Of a stretch of 64,000 nt of DNA, positions 1 through 12,335 are shown one piece after another. The translations under genes were made by a program, and so were the position numbers. The DNA is taken from the NCBI GenBank assembly GCA_965637545.1, contig OZ281494.1, forward strand, positions 16,306,001 through 16,370,000, written 5' to 3'. Below the pieces are notes generated by a model. It saw only the letters and a program-made list of their open reading frames with translations. It did no database searches and was not told where the DNA came from. How positions within the stretch are numbered: the first letter of the stretch is position 1; each line of letters starts with the position of its first letter. This DNA is from Phallusia mammillata. Taxonomy: Eukaryota.

Positions 1-248
1 AAAAGTTAAATACACAAACACAACAAACCAAGCGTGCCCGGAAGTGTTTAAGTTTACGCATACATACAAGCAACTGGCGAACTATTCTAACGTTGCTTCA
101 ATAAAGTATTTCTGTGTATATGTTTGGTAAAAAAGGGAAATACCTTACCTGTAATTTTTGAAGTGAAAAAATCAAGAATAAACACATCGATACGGTTTCG
201 ATTTTTAGACAGATTGCAAATGTTATAAAAAATTGTTTCCAGTGTTAC

Positions 249-3200
249 CTCAAATTCTTGACGAAATGCAGCATAGTTATTGGCGCACTTTTTGAAGTAA
301 ATCCGTTCAAGGTTTTTCTTTGACGTTGAAGAACTGTTTCCGATATTTTGGTAGGGAGACACATTACCATATTTCACTGCCTCTAAATAAACAAAACAGA
401 GCAATAATAATGTGTCAATTATTTTTGCTAAAATCGTTATGTTAACTCTTTTTTTTCTAAAATCTTTCATTTTATTGTCCTACCTGATTCGTTTTGCTCG
501 AGTATTCCATTTGAAGAATCTCGGTTCTAAACAAACATACATATCATAAACATCACACGCAGGTATAACTTCAAGCGAAGATATAACTTTACATTTGATG
601 CCACTGCTGTGCTTGCAGTTGTCACTGTCACACGACCTTCAGCATTTTCCGAATCTTAGCAAAACAAACAAGTGTTAGACTATTTAAATCTTAAATATAT
701 GTCACTTAGCACTGCAACAGCAACAACTATTTCCATACCATTTGTTTGAAAAGTGGCTCCCCCGGAACTAGTTTTGTCCCTTTTGCGCCTAAAACACGTT
801 TAGTAATTCTATAATTTTAGTGGTTATGTGTTACAGTTACATAGATTTTTAAATATAAGGCTAAATAAAGTAGCATAAGTTTGCTTTTCAAAATTTAAAG
901 AAAATTACCTTTTCCAAACGATAATTACCAAGACCAGCAAAAGAATAAGTACAATGACACCTCCAACAGCACCTGCAATTATTCCGATTGGTGCTCCCTC
1001 GTTTTCTTGCGATATTAATTCTGATTTATTACAAAATATTGTTAGCGTTTTCAGGACCGAAAGCGCTAGAAATTATTCAGTTACCAGTTTCTCTTTTAGT
1101 TTGATTTGTTGTTATAGTTTGAACTGTTGTTGGAACGCGTACAACACAAAAACCAACTTCAACAGGACCGATAGTACGTTTGCAATGGATCACGTACAAC
1201 TGAAGCCAAATGCAGATTTAGTTACAAAAACCGTAATTAAAATTTTATATTTTTACCTGAAGTGTGTAGGTGTAGGGTACAAGTTCAGTCAGATTAAGTA
1301 CTGTGTGTCCACTTGAAACATTTTGGGTTGCTATAGTAACATTTTCACGAATACGATTGAATCGTACCTAAAAATATAAACAATTTTGTATTGCCCATCT
1401 CTAACCAGTTCTTAAATCACACAATTTCCTTGAATCAAATTTGTCCTTGAAAAAATGCATTCTGTGATCTTTCAAATACAATTATCGCAGTACACACATG
1501 GTTGGTTTTGCTTAGAACAATTAATATTCATTGCGAATAATAAAATTCATTGCGAATGTATCAAATCTGAAAACATCTTTAAATGTATACGAGGACATAC
1601 CTGGTAACCGTTGACTCCTTTACGATTATTTGATGATGGAATGTAAACAGCACATGGTGTTTGTTTTGTTATATTAGCACCAACCACTGATACAGGCGAA
1701 GAGGTTTTCACTGTCGTTTGGGCAACAACTGTTTCGCATACTGCAACTCTCGTCGTGAGCTGTCGTAAACAAATAACAATTAAAAATATATTGCATGTGA
1801 CAAACCATAAGGTTCTGTAAAAAATATGTTAAAATAACTGCACGTTGATAAATTTCTGAAAGTATGTGGTATACCTCAATTCTGTACATTGTGTTGTATT
1901 GTAATCCTCCGATTGAAGTTGAACCCGTCTCAAATATTGCATTTGTTACAGTCGAGTGATTGGTTGAGACAGCTTTCAACTGTAAGTAAAGCAACTGATA
2001 TGTAAAAAGCAGAAAAAGTAGTTTCATAGATTAAAATGTAAGATTTTGTGACAACTAAGGTACCTGCAGCTAACAAGGCCCATTAAAAAACTATTGTGTA
2101 TAACTGAAAAACCATTTAACCGTTCCAGGCCAAATTCGGCATGATTATTGCAGAGGTTGATATTAAACATCCATTAGATTTTGAGGGCGTTTGCAAGTTT
2201 TGTTTTTGTAGGATAACAGTTTAAAAAAAGTTAAAACTTGGGCCTTAATACATACCTATGCTGTTAATTAAGCCCTACATTTTCATGTTTTTAAAAATAG
2301 TCTAGAAACCAATCAGACTCATTTATACTTTGCTTCGGTCAAATAAAAGTTCAACAAGCAACGTTATTAACTCATATTACATATATACTGTTAACTAAGA
2401 CATATAACTGTTAATCTGAAGGTACTAATGAAAAGAATAAACGACCCCTTGACATTTGGTAACCAAAAATACTAAATGAAACATTACTTCTACAAACATC
2501 TTATTCGGACTTTTATCTCCCTAAGAAAGCAAAAAAAGCAAATTTTTTGCATATCAGTCGCCTTTAGTATAAAAGACACTTGAGAAAATGACAAATTATC
2601 GTTGGGCCTTATTGCAAGCAATGGCTGACAAACAAAACCGTAATAAAATTCATTTGAAGTAATTATTTTTTCCAGATCGGATAATGCTCCAATAATTAAA
2701 GTAAAATGACCCCATTACTAATATATCTTAATAAGTTTTCATTTTGACAACACAACCTTTCCATTTTTGTTACCAATTTTAACAAAAAATAATAAAAAGT
2801 TGAAAATAAACACTTCTTAATTTGGATTGGTCATGATAATAATTACACATAACTTTCAGGTCCAAAACTTTGTAAATCATTTTAAGTACATATATATTTT
2901 AAAATTACATCAAAACGACAGCTTTTTTTCTGGCACATAAGACAATATGAGCAGTGGGCCTTAATTATTACCTTCCGGGCCTATATACCTTCAGGTACCT
3001 TAATTTACCTGCACTGGAGTGTTGCTCTGTTGTTTTAACGGAATATAGTTGGTTGTCCAGTTTACTCGAATGGTGTCAGGGTTGCAAGTAGAAGGGCGGG
3101 CGTTAACTGTAACTATAAAAGCAAGTAAATTTATTAAAATAACGCTCAAAGTTGGGTTATAAGTGTTACGAGCTGCACTTATATGGAGAAAACGGTGTGC

Positions 3201-4766
3201 ACTGTCTGCAGTAAGTTGTTTTTAGATAACTACTAATTAAGTAAACAATATATAAGAACTGAGGATACGTAAAACAAATTAGCTAATTATAACTTGCAAC
3301 CATCGATTATATTATTATTAGTCTTGCAAACAAACACCAGGCAGAAGACTGTTTCGCTTTCACGCCTCCTATGTCAGCGCTTACCAAACTGCTATGTATT
3401 AGAAATTTTCAATTACCATAGGTTTTGACTATAAACGGAAGCTTTCGTTTTGATAAGTGAATCTAATTGCCTACCTCTGCTCAAGACCTTTTGTGCAAAA
3501 TAATAATTTCATAGGGGGCGATTTTGATTCAGAGTCAAGGGGGACGATTCGCAAAAAAGGGTTTAAGACCACTGTATCACAGCGTAGGTAAGTATCATCT
3601 TTAATATCATGGTTCTTTGTAACTTACATTCTAACTGACAAGCATAATACCCATATACACCAGTACACTGCTTTGTAGTATCTACCCAAGCTTGTTCATA
3701 TTGCAATGCGCTTTGCATGTAATGCGCTGAATCAGGTTGTATTGCTTGATAAGTTTCCACAAAAACTCTAAAAACTGAAGAAAAAAAAACAATAATTTTC
3801 ATTTTAGATTTTTTAAATTAATTACTAAAGATTTTCAACAAAACAATTATGAGCTGTATTCGCCATAACGCCAAGATCTTTTCTACTCTTGAACTTGCCA
3901 GGTAAGAACAAAGATTCCCATCTTCTATGGTACGGCGTCGAATTGTTGTCTTTGTTTTTCAACTTCGAAGAACTATCGTTTGCTCGGTAATTAAAAACTT
4001 CCTTAAATTTTGTAACATCTATACCGCTTCCGCCATACAAAACAAATCCCTGAATCCAACCTGGTGCAGAATTTCCTTGTTGCAAAATTAGGCGGTTTTC
4101 ATAACGTGGTACAACTCACCTGATTCATCATTGCAATTTGTTTTTGATGTTATCCACCATCTTTTATTTTTTAAGTGGGCTTGTGTTTTGCAAAATCTTA
4201 CCTGGTTCAATCCCGTGCCACTTCTGTAACAATGGTAACATGATATGATATATGTCGTAATTTAACAGCTATTTGCGTACGTTTTATACAAATGAATAAC
4301 TTTTGTAAATTCCTGGGGTTGCGTGGTAAAATATCCCAGTTTTGCTCCACCAATGTTTGATACCCATACTTTCTGTACATCTACAAATAAACAAAAGCAA
4401 TTTACTCCTTCCTTGTTAAGGGCGACAAAACGACCTGATTCAATTATTCAAGCGTTTACACTAACCTCCCAAATACATTTTATTCGCAGTGCTAATGAGT
4501 TTTTCATGAACGGCCGGATTGGAAATGTTGGCAATTTGGCCACCTTTTCCAGCACATCTTAATTTTACTGTGTTTCCATCGACAACTTCACTCGACAACT
4601 GAAATACTTGATTTCCTACATTAAAGATGGAATTGCAAGTTTCTGGTGAAACAAGCAATTGATTAAGTGTGAACCCTGCAAAACCCTGTTCGTTTTTATC
4701 CTTACCTTGAGTATTAGCTCCGTAAAATAATAACATTAACAACAATAGCACAAATATTTCCATCAC
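249..4766 (-). CDS. Gene A: 5' part (16 exons) of a C-type lectin/FN3 receptor protein tyrosine phosphatase; continues beyond the left edge
   Basis: Exons checked in phase: signal peptide 4706-4763/4766 ([19 protein letters not shown]), CTL exons 4466-4642, 4281-4380, 4120-4223, 3899-4060, 3628-3774, then FN3 exons ([11 protein letters not shown]; GLQYNTMYRIE; ELVPYTYTLQ), TM 909-1020 ([27 protein letters not shown]) and juxtamembrane exons down to 249-382 (ending FRQEFE). Exon-for-exon paralog of gene B; base 1 aligns with about 34428. The PTP domains are inferred from B and are not in the window. Confidence 0.85.
2058..3000. mobile_element. Non-autonomous TIR element (Tc1/mariner-like MITE) in intron 7 of gene A
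   Basis: Imperfect TIRs of about 24 bp (AGGTACCTGCAGCTAACAAGGCCC and GGGCCTATATACCTTCAGGTACCT) flanked by TA on both sides. Absent from the equivalent short intron of B, C1 and C2. Confidence 0.75.
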
Positions 4767-5106
4767 ACCTCCAACTTACTGTAAAGAAACTCTAAGTCTC
4801 AAAACTGTATGTTCATAACAAGGAAATACTACAAAGGCGTCGGGCATGCTAGCAGTGTTTCGGTCGTCTTGCGTCATTGGACGACGCAACAATATTGTGT
4901 GGTGCGTCATGCACATTCAAAGACATGGCACAAACGGGTATGGTGACTTTTATTCATTGAGGTTGAGACATAAATAACTGTGATTCAGTGGAGTTGCTCA
5001 GTCACGTACTAGAATTTTTCAACCTCACTCATAGTGCCCACCTTTATTTATTGTAAAACAACATTAGAACTTGGCGGTGACAAGTTGCAATAACATTAGT
5101 TTTTAG

Positions 5107-5534
5107 TAGTGATGCACCGAAGTTTCGGTTGGCCGAAACATTTCGGCCGAATCCGCTGTTTTCCAATGTTTCGGTTTCGGCCCGAACTTTTTTGAAAATT
5201 CGGCCGAAACCGAACTTTTTTGTTGCATGGAATTAAGGCCTTAAATTTCATTTACGCCCATACGAAACATCAATAATTAACTATTTGTTGTATCTATGAA
5301 ATACCAGCCACGTTGTCTGCAAAATATTAGATGTTTAGCAAAGTTTACCCAGTGTGAAAGTGATTTTAGTCTGTCAAAATTGAGTTCACTCGCATCAACA
5401 ACACAAGGTTCAGTTGAAACCATCCAAAAAACGGGGATTTTAGGTTCGGCCTGATTCGGCCGAAATTATTCGGCCTCATGGCCGAATATTCGGTTTCGGC
5501 CCGAACCTTTTTAGGCGGGTTCGGTGCATCACTA
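5107..5534. mobile_element. hAT-type MITE
   Basis: TIR TAGTGATGCACCGAA ... TTCGGTGCATCACTA, near-perfect 8-bp TSD (GTTTTTAG/GTTTTTAC) and internal GGCCGAA repeats. Empty site in the duplicate near 39280. Confidence 0.8.
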
Positions 5535-5870
5535 GTTTTTACAGTTAAAATTTATTGGAGTGATCAAAACATTGTTGTTTGTTTGGATGCAAATCAAAAA
5601 GAAAAACTATCTGTCGTCGTTTGCAACAAAATAACTCATTTTTGTAATGTTTTTGACATCAATGATTACAAGCAGACTACTTCTTTTGTTGTTGTTTTGT
5701 TCGCATGTTTGTGGCCGCCACTGGAATTAGTTGTTTACAGATATGTAGAAAACTCGTTCAAACAAAACAAAATTATAAACACCATCAGATATATGCTTGG
5801 ACACATCAATACATTACAGCATCAAAATTATTTGATTTTAAGAGCCACAGCATTTCTGCAACGTTAACAG

Positions 5871-6852
5871 CTACATAACATCGTAGCGACAAAGGGGAAC
5901 GCCCCCGACAAATGTATCAAAGTTCCACATTCCAGTGAGAGTGATTGGGACATTCGGTTTTGTGGCAACCGTCCATCCAACATTTTCCCCACGAGACCCA
6001 GGAAATCCATTGGCCCACTCTTCGTACACTGGTCCGCCGTTAAGACTTTGTAATTGCCCATTCTACACAAGAACTCATATTATTTGCCGGTTGGAAGCTT
6101 GTTGTTATTCAAAATTGAAGAGAAGGTTATGTAAATAGCTTCACCTGATAAGTTGACCCGAGCCAGACTTCAACGACATTGTTGGAGAGTTTGTCAAGAT
6201 AGACATTCCATGTTTTTTGAATGTATGTGTACAGTACTTCATACATTTCTTGGTTTTCGATGTCAACCAGCGTTCCGCCCTGGTAACTGCAGAGATCAGC
6301 TGCTGCTTGCTTGCTTCCACCCGCATTATAGGAAGCAACAATTAGCGGCAGGTGGTAGCAATAACCATTGTAGACGATTCCAGAACAATTGAGCTTGGCT
6401 TAAAGTAGGGTGAAGTTTAGTGTGTGTAATATAATTAAAAACATGATGGCCCAGCTTTAAGGTCGGCTTTGAACTTTAGACTAATTGAGATGTTTTTGAT
6501 CTATCGGCACCGGCTCCTTTTTTTTTGGGGGGGGGGGGGCTGGTTGAGAACCACTGTTATAGAGATTGGTCGCTATAATAAGACAACTACCTTGAACGAT
6601 CGATTCAATTCGACGATCTATTTCACTCCAGTCAGGTCGATTAGCTTGTCCTGGAGGTCCAACCGGTCCCTGTTTTCCAGGTGGGCCTTGGGGCCTCACT
6701 GGACTACCGCCCGCGTTTCCACTTTGTCGGTTAAAAATGCTTTGCACTGATCGGCAGAACATGTAATTTCCATCATTCTGTCCTTTGACTACTACCAGAC
6801 TGGTTGAAATTAACAGGCAATACGATAGTAGCATTTTAAAATGTAATCCCAT
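5871..6852 (-). CDS. Secreted collectin-like protein (signal peptide, short collagen Gly-X-Y, neck, C-type lectin), 3 exons, 235 aa
   Basis: Exons 6591-6852, 6145-6398 and 5871-6062 join in frame. Motifs: GPPGKQGPVGPPG; CSGIVYNGYCY; ADLCSYQGGTLVDIEN; EVWLG; GMWNFD; GVPLCRYDVM*. Confidence 0.85.
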
Positions 6853-6908
6853 GGTTACCTTTAAAATATAAATTTTTTTAGGAACAAATCAGGACTAAAA
6901 TGAAATGT

Positions 6909-7070
6909 CAAGTTTTACGAGCTCTTCTGGCAAATGTAATTTTTGTTCTGACGTTTCGACATCCTATACAGGTCGTCTTCATCAGGGTCACGTCGAAACG
7001 TCGGAATAAAATTACATTTGCCAGAAGAGCTCTACAAACTTGATATTATGCCTGGCAGCAATAGCTTATG
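6909..7070. mobile_element. Miniature Penelope-like insertion (inverted terminal-repeat remnant with hammerhead core)
   Basis: Same sequence as the ends of the 10644-12020 element, arranged as an inverted repeat; 13-bp TSD TAAAATGAAATGT at 6896-6908 and 7071-7083. Confidence 0.8.
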
Positions 7071-8614
7071 TAAAATGAAATGTGTTTGAACTGCACCCCC
7101 GCGAAACGCACAGTTACAAGCTCGAGTTCAGACGATTTACGCTACATGTTTAATGATTTCTAATCAGTGTTTAACACAGTCCTATGGAAGATGTCCTGAT
7201 TCAAAAACATGTTTTTGAGATTACTTTGCGCTTAAATAAATATTGTCCTCGATCAACTAACACAGATAAGAGAGGGTTCGTGAACACATCACGTAGTACA
7301 TAACAAATAAACAGATGCGCTGGATTGACTAAACGTTTTACCACTTGACTAGTTGACTTGCCTGACGACGGCGACAGTGTTTCACATAATAATTTTACAA
7401 CTGACCAGGCTGACTTTCCAAAAAGTGTTTGAAAGAGCCTGAATTTTATTGTAAGTTGCAAGAGGCTTGAAATTTGTCGGAAAACCTGCCTTTTTCAATT
7501 GTTGGTAGGTAAAAGCTCTTTCGTACAGAATTCCATAGGTTCCGTTTAACAATAAATAATCGATTATTATAATCAGTTTAATTTTCACCAAACAGAATAC
7601 AAAAATCGCAAAACTACTGCATTAGTCTCGTTCACATTTTGACCTACATGTCAAACAAATCTAAAACTAATGCATAGGTCAAATTCGTAGTGGAGGAACG
7701 CCAGTTTGACAATTGATCATACAAGATGAACATAAATTCCTTTCTGGGATCACCCTTGAAGCTCCCATGGAATTCGGTGATCATGGCACACTTATTTAGA
7801 CTTTGTATACACCTGCAACATCTAACCCATAGTTTATCCTTGACGTTAACAAATTCAAATGTGTCTCTAATCCGGTACAATATGGAATTTCATCTCATAA
7901 AAATCCCTCAAAGGCACACTAGAAACATTAACTGCTGGAAAACAAAAAGCGGAAAACATGACGCCACCGTAACTCAGTTGAAGCAAAATTTCCCACTCCT
8001 GTAGCTCTTAACCTTACCCTTACGAACCCCGATCAAACAGGGGGTACGAGAAAATTTTCGCGCCAGGCCATTCGGCCAAGTTCCTGCCCCCACCTTATAT
8101 AATCCTATCGATAATTTTAAGAACTGTGCCTGTTTAACGCCACCTAACGGTTTTGTTTTTTGAAATGTTGTTCGTTGTAGTTCTACCTATGGTGACAGTA
8201 GTTCTACCAATAAACAACTATTCTGTCTGCTACAACATCGGTTTAAGATCAACCATATAATGACAACATTAAACGTAAAACGTCGAACTTTTATGCTGCT
8301 GTTTAGTCCACTTTGCTAAAAAATGTTTTATAGGACTTAACGTCGATAATAGTTCGCTTGAAATATTTGATGACATATTGTTTATTGTTCATATGTGCAA
8401 GCTAGAATCCAAGCTTTCTGATCATTATTGAAAAGTGTTAAAGTCATTTAAGCAATACTGTTGTGCGTTAATGAAAGATGTTTCTTTCCCTTTTTCAGCC
8501 TAAAACATCTTTGTTTTGTGTGGTCATTACTGACAACTCTAGCTTGTCAGAACCATTGCTGTTTGTTGTTAGTGGAAAACACGCATCGCTGTAATTTATT
8601 GTGAAAATTACATA

Positions 8615-8915
8615 GTAGTAACTTCATCGTGCCGAAGACATCCAGCAAGTTCATCGTGGTAAATTCATCGCACGGCAATTTAATCGTGGTATGTTACATT
8701 GCAGTAGTTTTATCGTGATAGTTTCATGAAAGCAATTTTATCGTTGTAGTTTTTCATAAGTTAATTTCACAACAGTATTTTCATCGTGATAATTACATCG
8801 TTGTAATTTCGTTTTGGCAAGTTCATCGCATAGTAATTACATCGTAGCAATTGCTTCGTTATAATTTTTTCTCGTGGCAGATTGTTGCAATTCTATCGTG
8901 GTAATTTCATGACAT
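8615..8915. repeat. Degenerate minisatellite (TTCATCGTGGTAA-like units)
   Basis: More than 10 imperfect CATCGT-centred units; second copy at about 42362-42705. Confidence 0.7.
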
Positions 8916-9331
8916 TGCAGTAGGCTATAATAGCACAATTTTTTAACACAATTATTTGTGTACATTTTCGAAAGAGTTACTTGCTCCACCTATTTGTCGA
9001 ACTTTGTTGGATGTAAGTTCCCGTGTTAATATGTTTTCGGTGATTTGGCCGTTTCTGGCCCCCGATTTACTCCATAAATCTTAGCAAGTAGAACCATTTC
9101 ATTCTTCCCTCCTCTGATCAGTCACATTACTTTTCTCCAATTTTGTGTAAGGACCTGAATGTCAAACACATATAACAATCTTGGCGGTACAAAATTGGTA
9201 AATAAAATCGGTTACCATTGCTGATCAATTACAATTGTGGTTTAGTAAAAAGACAATTAACGTTGAGCAGTTGTTTTAGAAACAAAATTGTGTGAACGCC
9301 AAAGTAAGACAATATTGGTCTTTATAGAAGT

Positions 9332-9779
9332 CGGCTCTCAAACTGGTGTCCGCGGTCCCGTAGGGGTCCGCCACACGACTTCAGAGGGACCACGAGAAGC
9401 CTAACGTATTTCTGCAATCATATGTAATATCAGCTCTTACGACTGCATACGCAAAAATTACATATGTAAACGAGTATTCTTTGACAAAAAGTGGTACATT
9501 GCTTCATTTCCACTAACAAACACAGGCGATTGTTCGCGCACCATATTTATATTGTTTCATTCTTTTTTGTGACGTAATGAATTGCCCTTGAAAAAATCCC
9601 ACGCAAAGTGATGTGACAGCACTAAACTAAATTCTTTCGAAAGAAATAAACTAACTTTTAGTTTTTGACTCAACAGTTTTGTTTTGCCAAGATATATTCA
9701 GTTGTATAAATATATTTAGCTTGGACCGCGAGTGCTCGAAAAAATGGGCAAGGGACAAAAAATTAAAGTTTGAGAACCG
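9332..9779. mobile_element. Old hAT-like MITE
   Basis: TIR-like ends CGGCTCTCAAACT ... AGTTTGAGAACCG, related to the CAGTGGTTCTCAAACT element at 18090. No clean TSD. Confidence 0.55.
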
Positions 9780-10643
9780 CTCAGTACAGTTAATTGAGTG
9801 GCCATTTTTCTAACTAAGGCAATGATGGAGTAAACATGAATTTGTTCGATTTGAGACAACCTCACATGGAAATAGATCTATTGGACAAACATTTTGTAAA
9901 ACTTTCACATACTAATCAAAAAAATCTAAATCAATTCTAAAAAGTGTACGCATTTTAAATGGTCACATAGTTAAACGTGTCCAAGATACTTATTTATTGT
10001 TCAGTACACGATTTAGCCTATATGAACACATTTAAATACAACCATGTATGCAAATAACTTCTACCAGTTCCAAACATTTTTTAAAGCGTAGATACGTTGA
10101 AGAAGCACCATGCCCAGACGTAGTAGCTGCCTAGATGGTGTAATCACACGATTGCGTTGTTTTTAGCAAACCAACTAAGTCTCCCGAATTTCACGCTTTG
10201 TACTTCACCGGATATGCCCCTTTGTTAGCAATTAAACAGCTTCTGTAGACTAAGACGTGAGATAAGATTAGTTGGTCTTTCAACGCCAACGGAGCGATAA
10301 TTGGTTTTCGAATTGTGCCATTGTTCGCGTAGCAGTGAGAAAAAGGTTCTAGTGAGTCCTTCACACGCTTCGGTGATCACGATTGCTTAACTTTAGATTT
10401 TAGCGTTTGCTGTTGTGATTGATGACTGAATGACACATCCATAAGTCAGTGCTAAAGTTCAAAGCTGATTAGATAGAACATAACGACCCACTTGGCTTGT
10501 ATAGCCATCACTGATAGTGGACTCGTTGCATTTGAACTAAAACTCAATCGGTTGCTTTATGTTAAAATAAAAATGTGTGTATAATTATATTTATTACGGG
10601 CTATATGTTTGATATAAGCGGGTCGTAAACGTACACATTTAAG

Positions 10644-12020
10644 TTTAAAGAGCTCTTCTGGCAAATGTGATTTTATTCCGACGTTTCGACGTCCTATACA
10701 GGTCGTCTTCATCAGGGTAAATAACACTGAATGCGACTAGTACAGTGCACGATAAACAAAGGAAAAAAAGAATGGAACGCAAGCTTTTAACATTCAGGGG
10801 AAGCTTTTACCAGCAGGTTCAAGGCACAGCGATGGGTTCCCCGGTCTCCGTGGTTGTCGCAAACATGACAATGGAAGCGCTTGAGGAAAAAGCCTTATCA
10901 ACATTTGCTAACCCACCAAGATTCTGGCGGCGATATGTTGACGACATTTTTTGTGTCATTGCTAAGAACAAGGTTGAGGCATTTCTACGGCATCTCAACG
11001 AGGCGCAACCAGGCATTCAGTTTACCATGGAACTCCAATCGGTAAACTGTCTTCCATTTTTAGACGTTCAAGTCACAAGAACCGATGACGGTGTCTTGTA
11101 CTCGAGAGTGTACCACAAGCCAACGAGTACCGGCAGGTATCTCAATTTTCGATCTCATCACCCCACATACCAGAAAAGAGGGTGGTTTGTTCCCTAAAAG
11201 ATCAGGCACGACGCTTGTGCACTCATAGCGACGACTGCGAGGCGGAACTGGCTAAGGTTCGCAAAGCCTTGAAATATAACGGCTACCCCAACTGGATTCT
11301 CCGTGATGGACGGGCAACGTGTCCCAAACAGGTGACCCATCCAAAAACAGAGGGTTTTTGTGACACTTCCGTACATACCGAAATTGACGGATATTCTACG
11401 GCGTATGTTGCATGACTTCGGCGTAGCGGTTGGCGTTCAACCTGCTAATACTCTCCGCAAGCTACTGAGTCACCCGAAAGATCCAATCGACACCCTTGGA
11501 CAACGTGGTGTTGTATATTCTATTCCCTGCGCCGAGTGTCCGTTAATATATATCGGGGAGACTGGAAGGTCACACAACACCCGCCGAAAAGAAGAAGTCG
11601 GCCCTGTCCAATCACGCGGTATCACAATGCCACCGCATTGATTTCAATGCGGCGTCTGTTGTGGGCCGGGAGCCTGACTACAGGAAAAGACTATTTCTTG
11701 AGTCATGGAATATTCACCAACGGGGCAACACAATAATGAACATCAAAACAGACGTGATGCTTCCAGCGTGCTACAGGCACCTGCTTAAAGATTAGAGGGC
11801 CAATCATTTGTTATCGCGCGGTGTTTTTTTTTGTTGCGTTGTGACGTGCTTGCGTTCCATTCTTTTTTTCTTTGTTTATCGTGCACTGTACTAGTCGCAT
11901 TCAGTGTTATTTACCCTGATGAAGACGACCTGTATAGGACGTCGAAACGTCGGAATAAAATCATATTTGCCAGAAGAGCTCTTTAAACTTGATACTATGC
12001 CTGGCAGCAATAGCTTATAT
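10644..12020 (+). mobile_element. 5'-truncated Penelope-like retroelement (RT fragment and GIY-YIG), frameshifted, with inverted terminal repeats
   Basis: GTAMGSPVS, RYVDD, LPFLDV, VYHKPTSTGRYLNFRSHHP and LPYIP RT/thumb motifs; GVVYSIPC...YIGETGR GIY-YIG. Inverted repeat of about 150 bp at the two ends. 13-bp TSD GTACACATTTAAG at 10631-10643 and 12021-12033. Confidence 0.92.
11907..11958 (+). ncRNA. Minimal type I hammerhead ribozyme in the Penelope terminal repeat
   Basis: CTGATGA, stem II GACG/CGTC with inner CCT/AGG, GAAAC, then GTC cleavage triplet; stem I TTATT(TA)CC pairs with GGAATAA. An inverted copy lies at 10674-10724 (minus strand), and both recur in the second element. Confidence 0.8.
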
Positions 12021-12335
12021 GTACACATTTAAGACAGATTAAAAAGGCAGAACTTGTAAAATCATTAGAAGCTTTAAATGTAGCATAACTGACATACCGG
12101 ATCCTTAGATTTTTTCTGCCAGCAAGACCGTAGATATTTTTTTCGCCTATTAATCATTGATTTCCAACAGATAAATAAACAGGTAGTGGCGAAAACAACT
12201 TTTACACTGGTAAGTCGCATTTCATCATTTGTGGTGCAGCAGTTCGTGGTGGCCAGAAATCAAGTTTAGCAAAACTTTTTTTGTATTACATTGACCTGAA
12301 CACGTTTCAAAAAGCCCAGACATTTATAAATTCTC

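Noticed and set aside
954-1316. Plus-strand ORFs over the receptor genes (for example 954-1316, 20362-20667, 21068-21436, 28675-28965)
   Set aside because: They are antisense shadows of minus-strand exons, with no independent motifs.
4190-4205. GTAAG donor defining a 22-nt micro-exon
   Set aside because: The frame is open through it (VRFC) in all copies and splicing there breaks phase. At most it is a cryptic site.
4676-4705. 30-nt in-frame intron or read-through suggested by ORF 4461-4766
   Set aside because: All paralogs support the acceptor before AA ACT TGC (4643-4644), giving a 63-nt intron.
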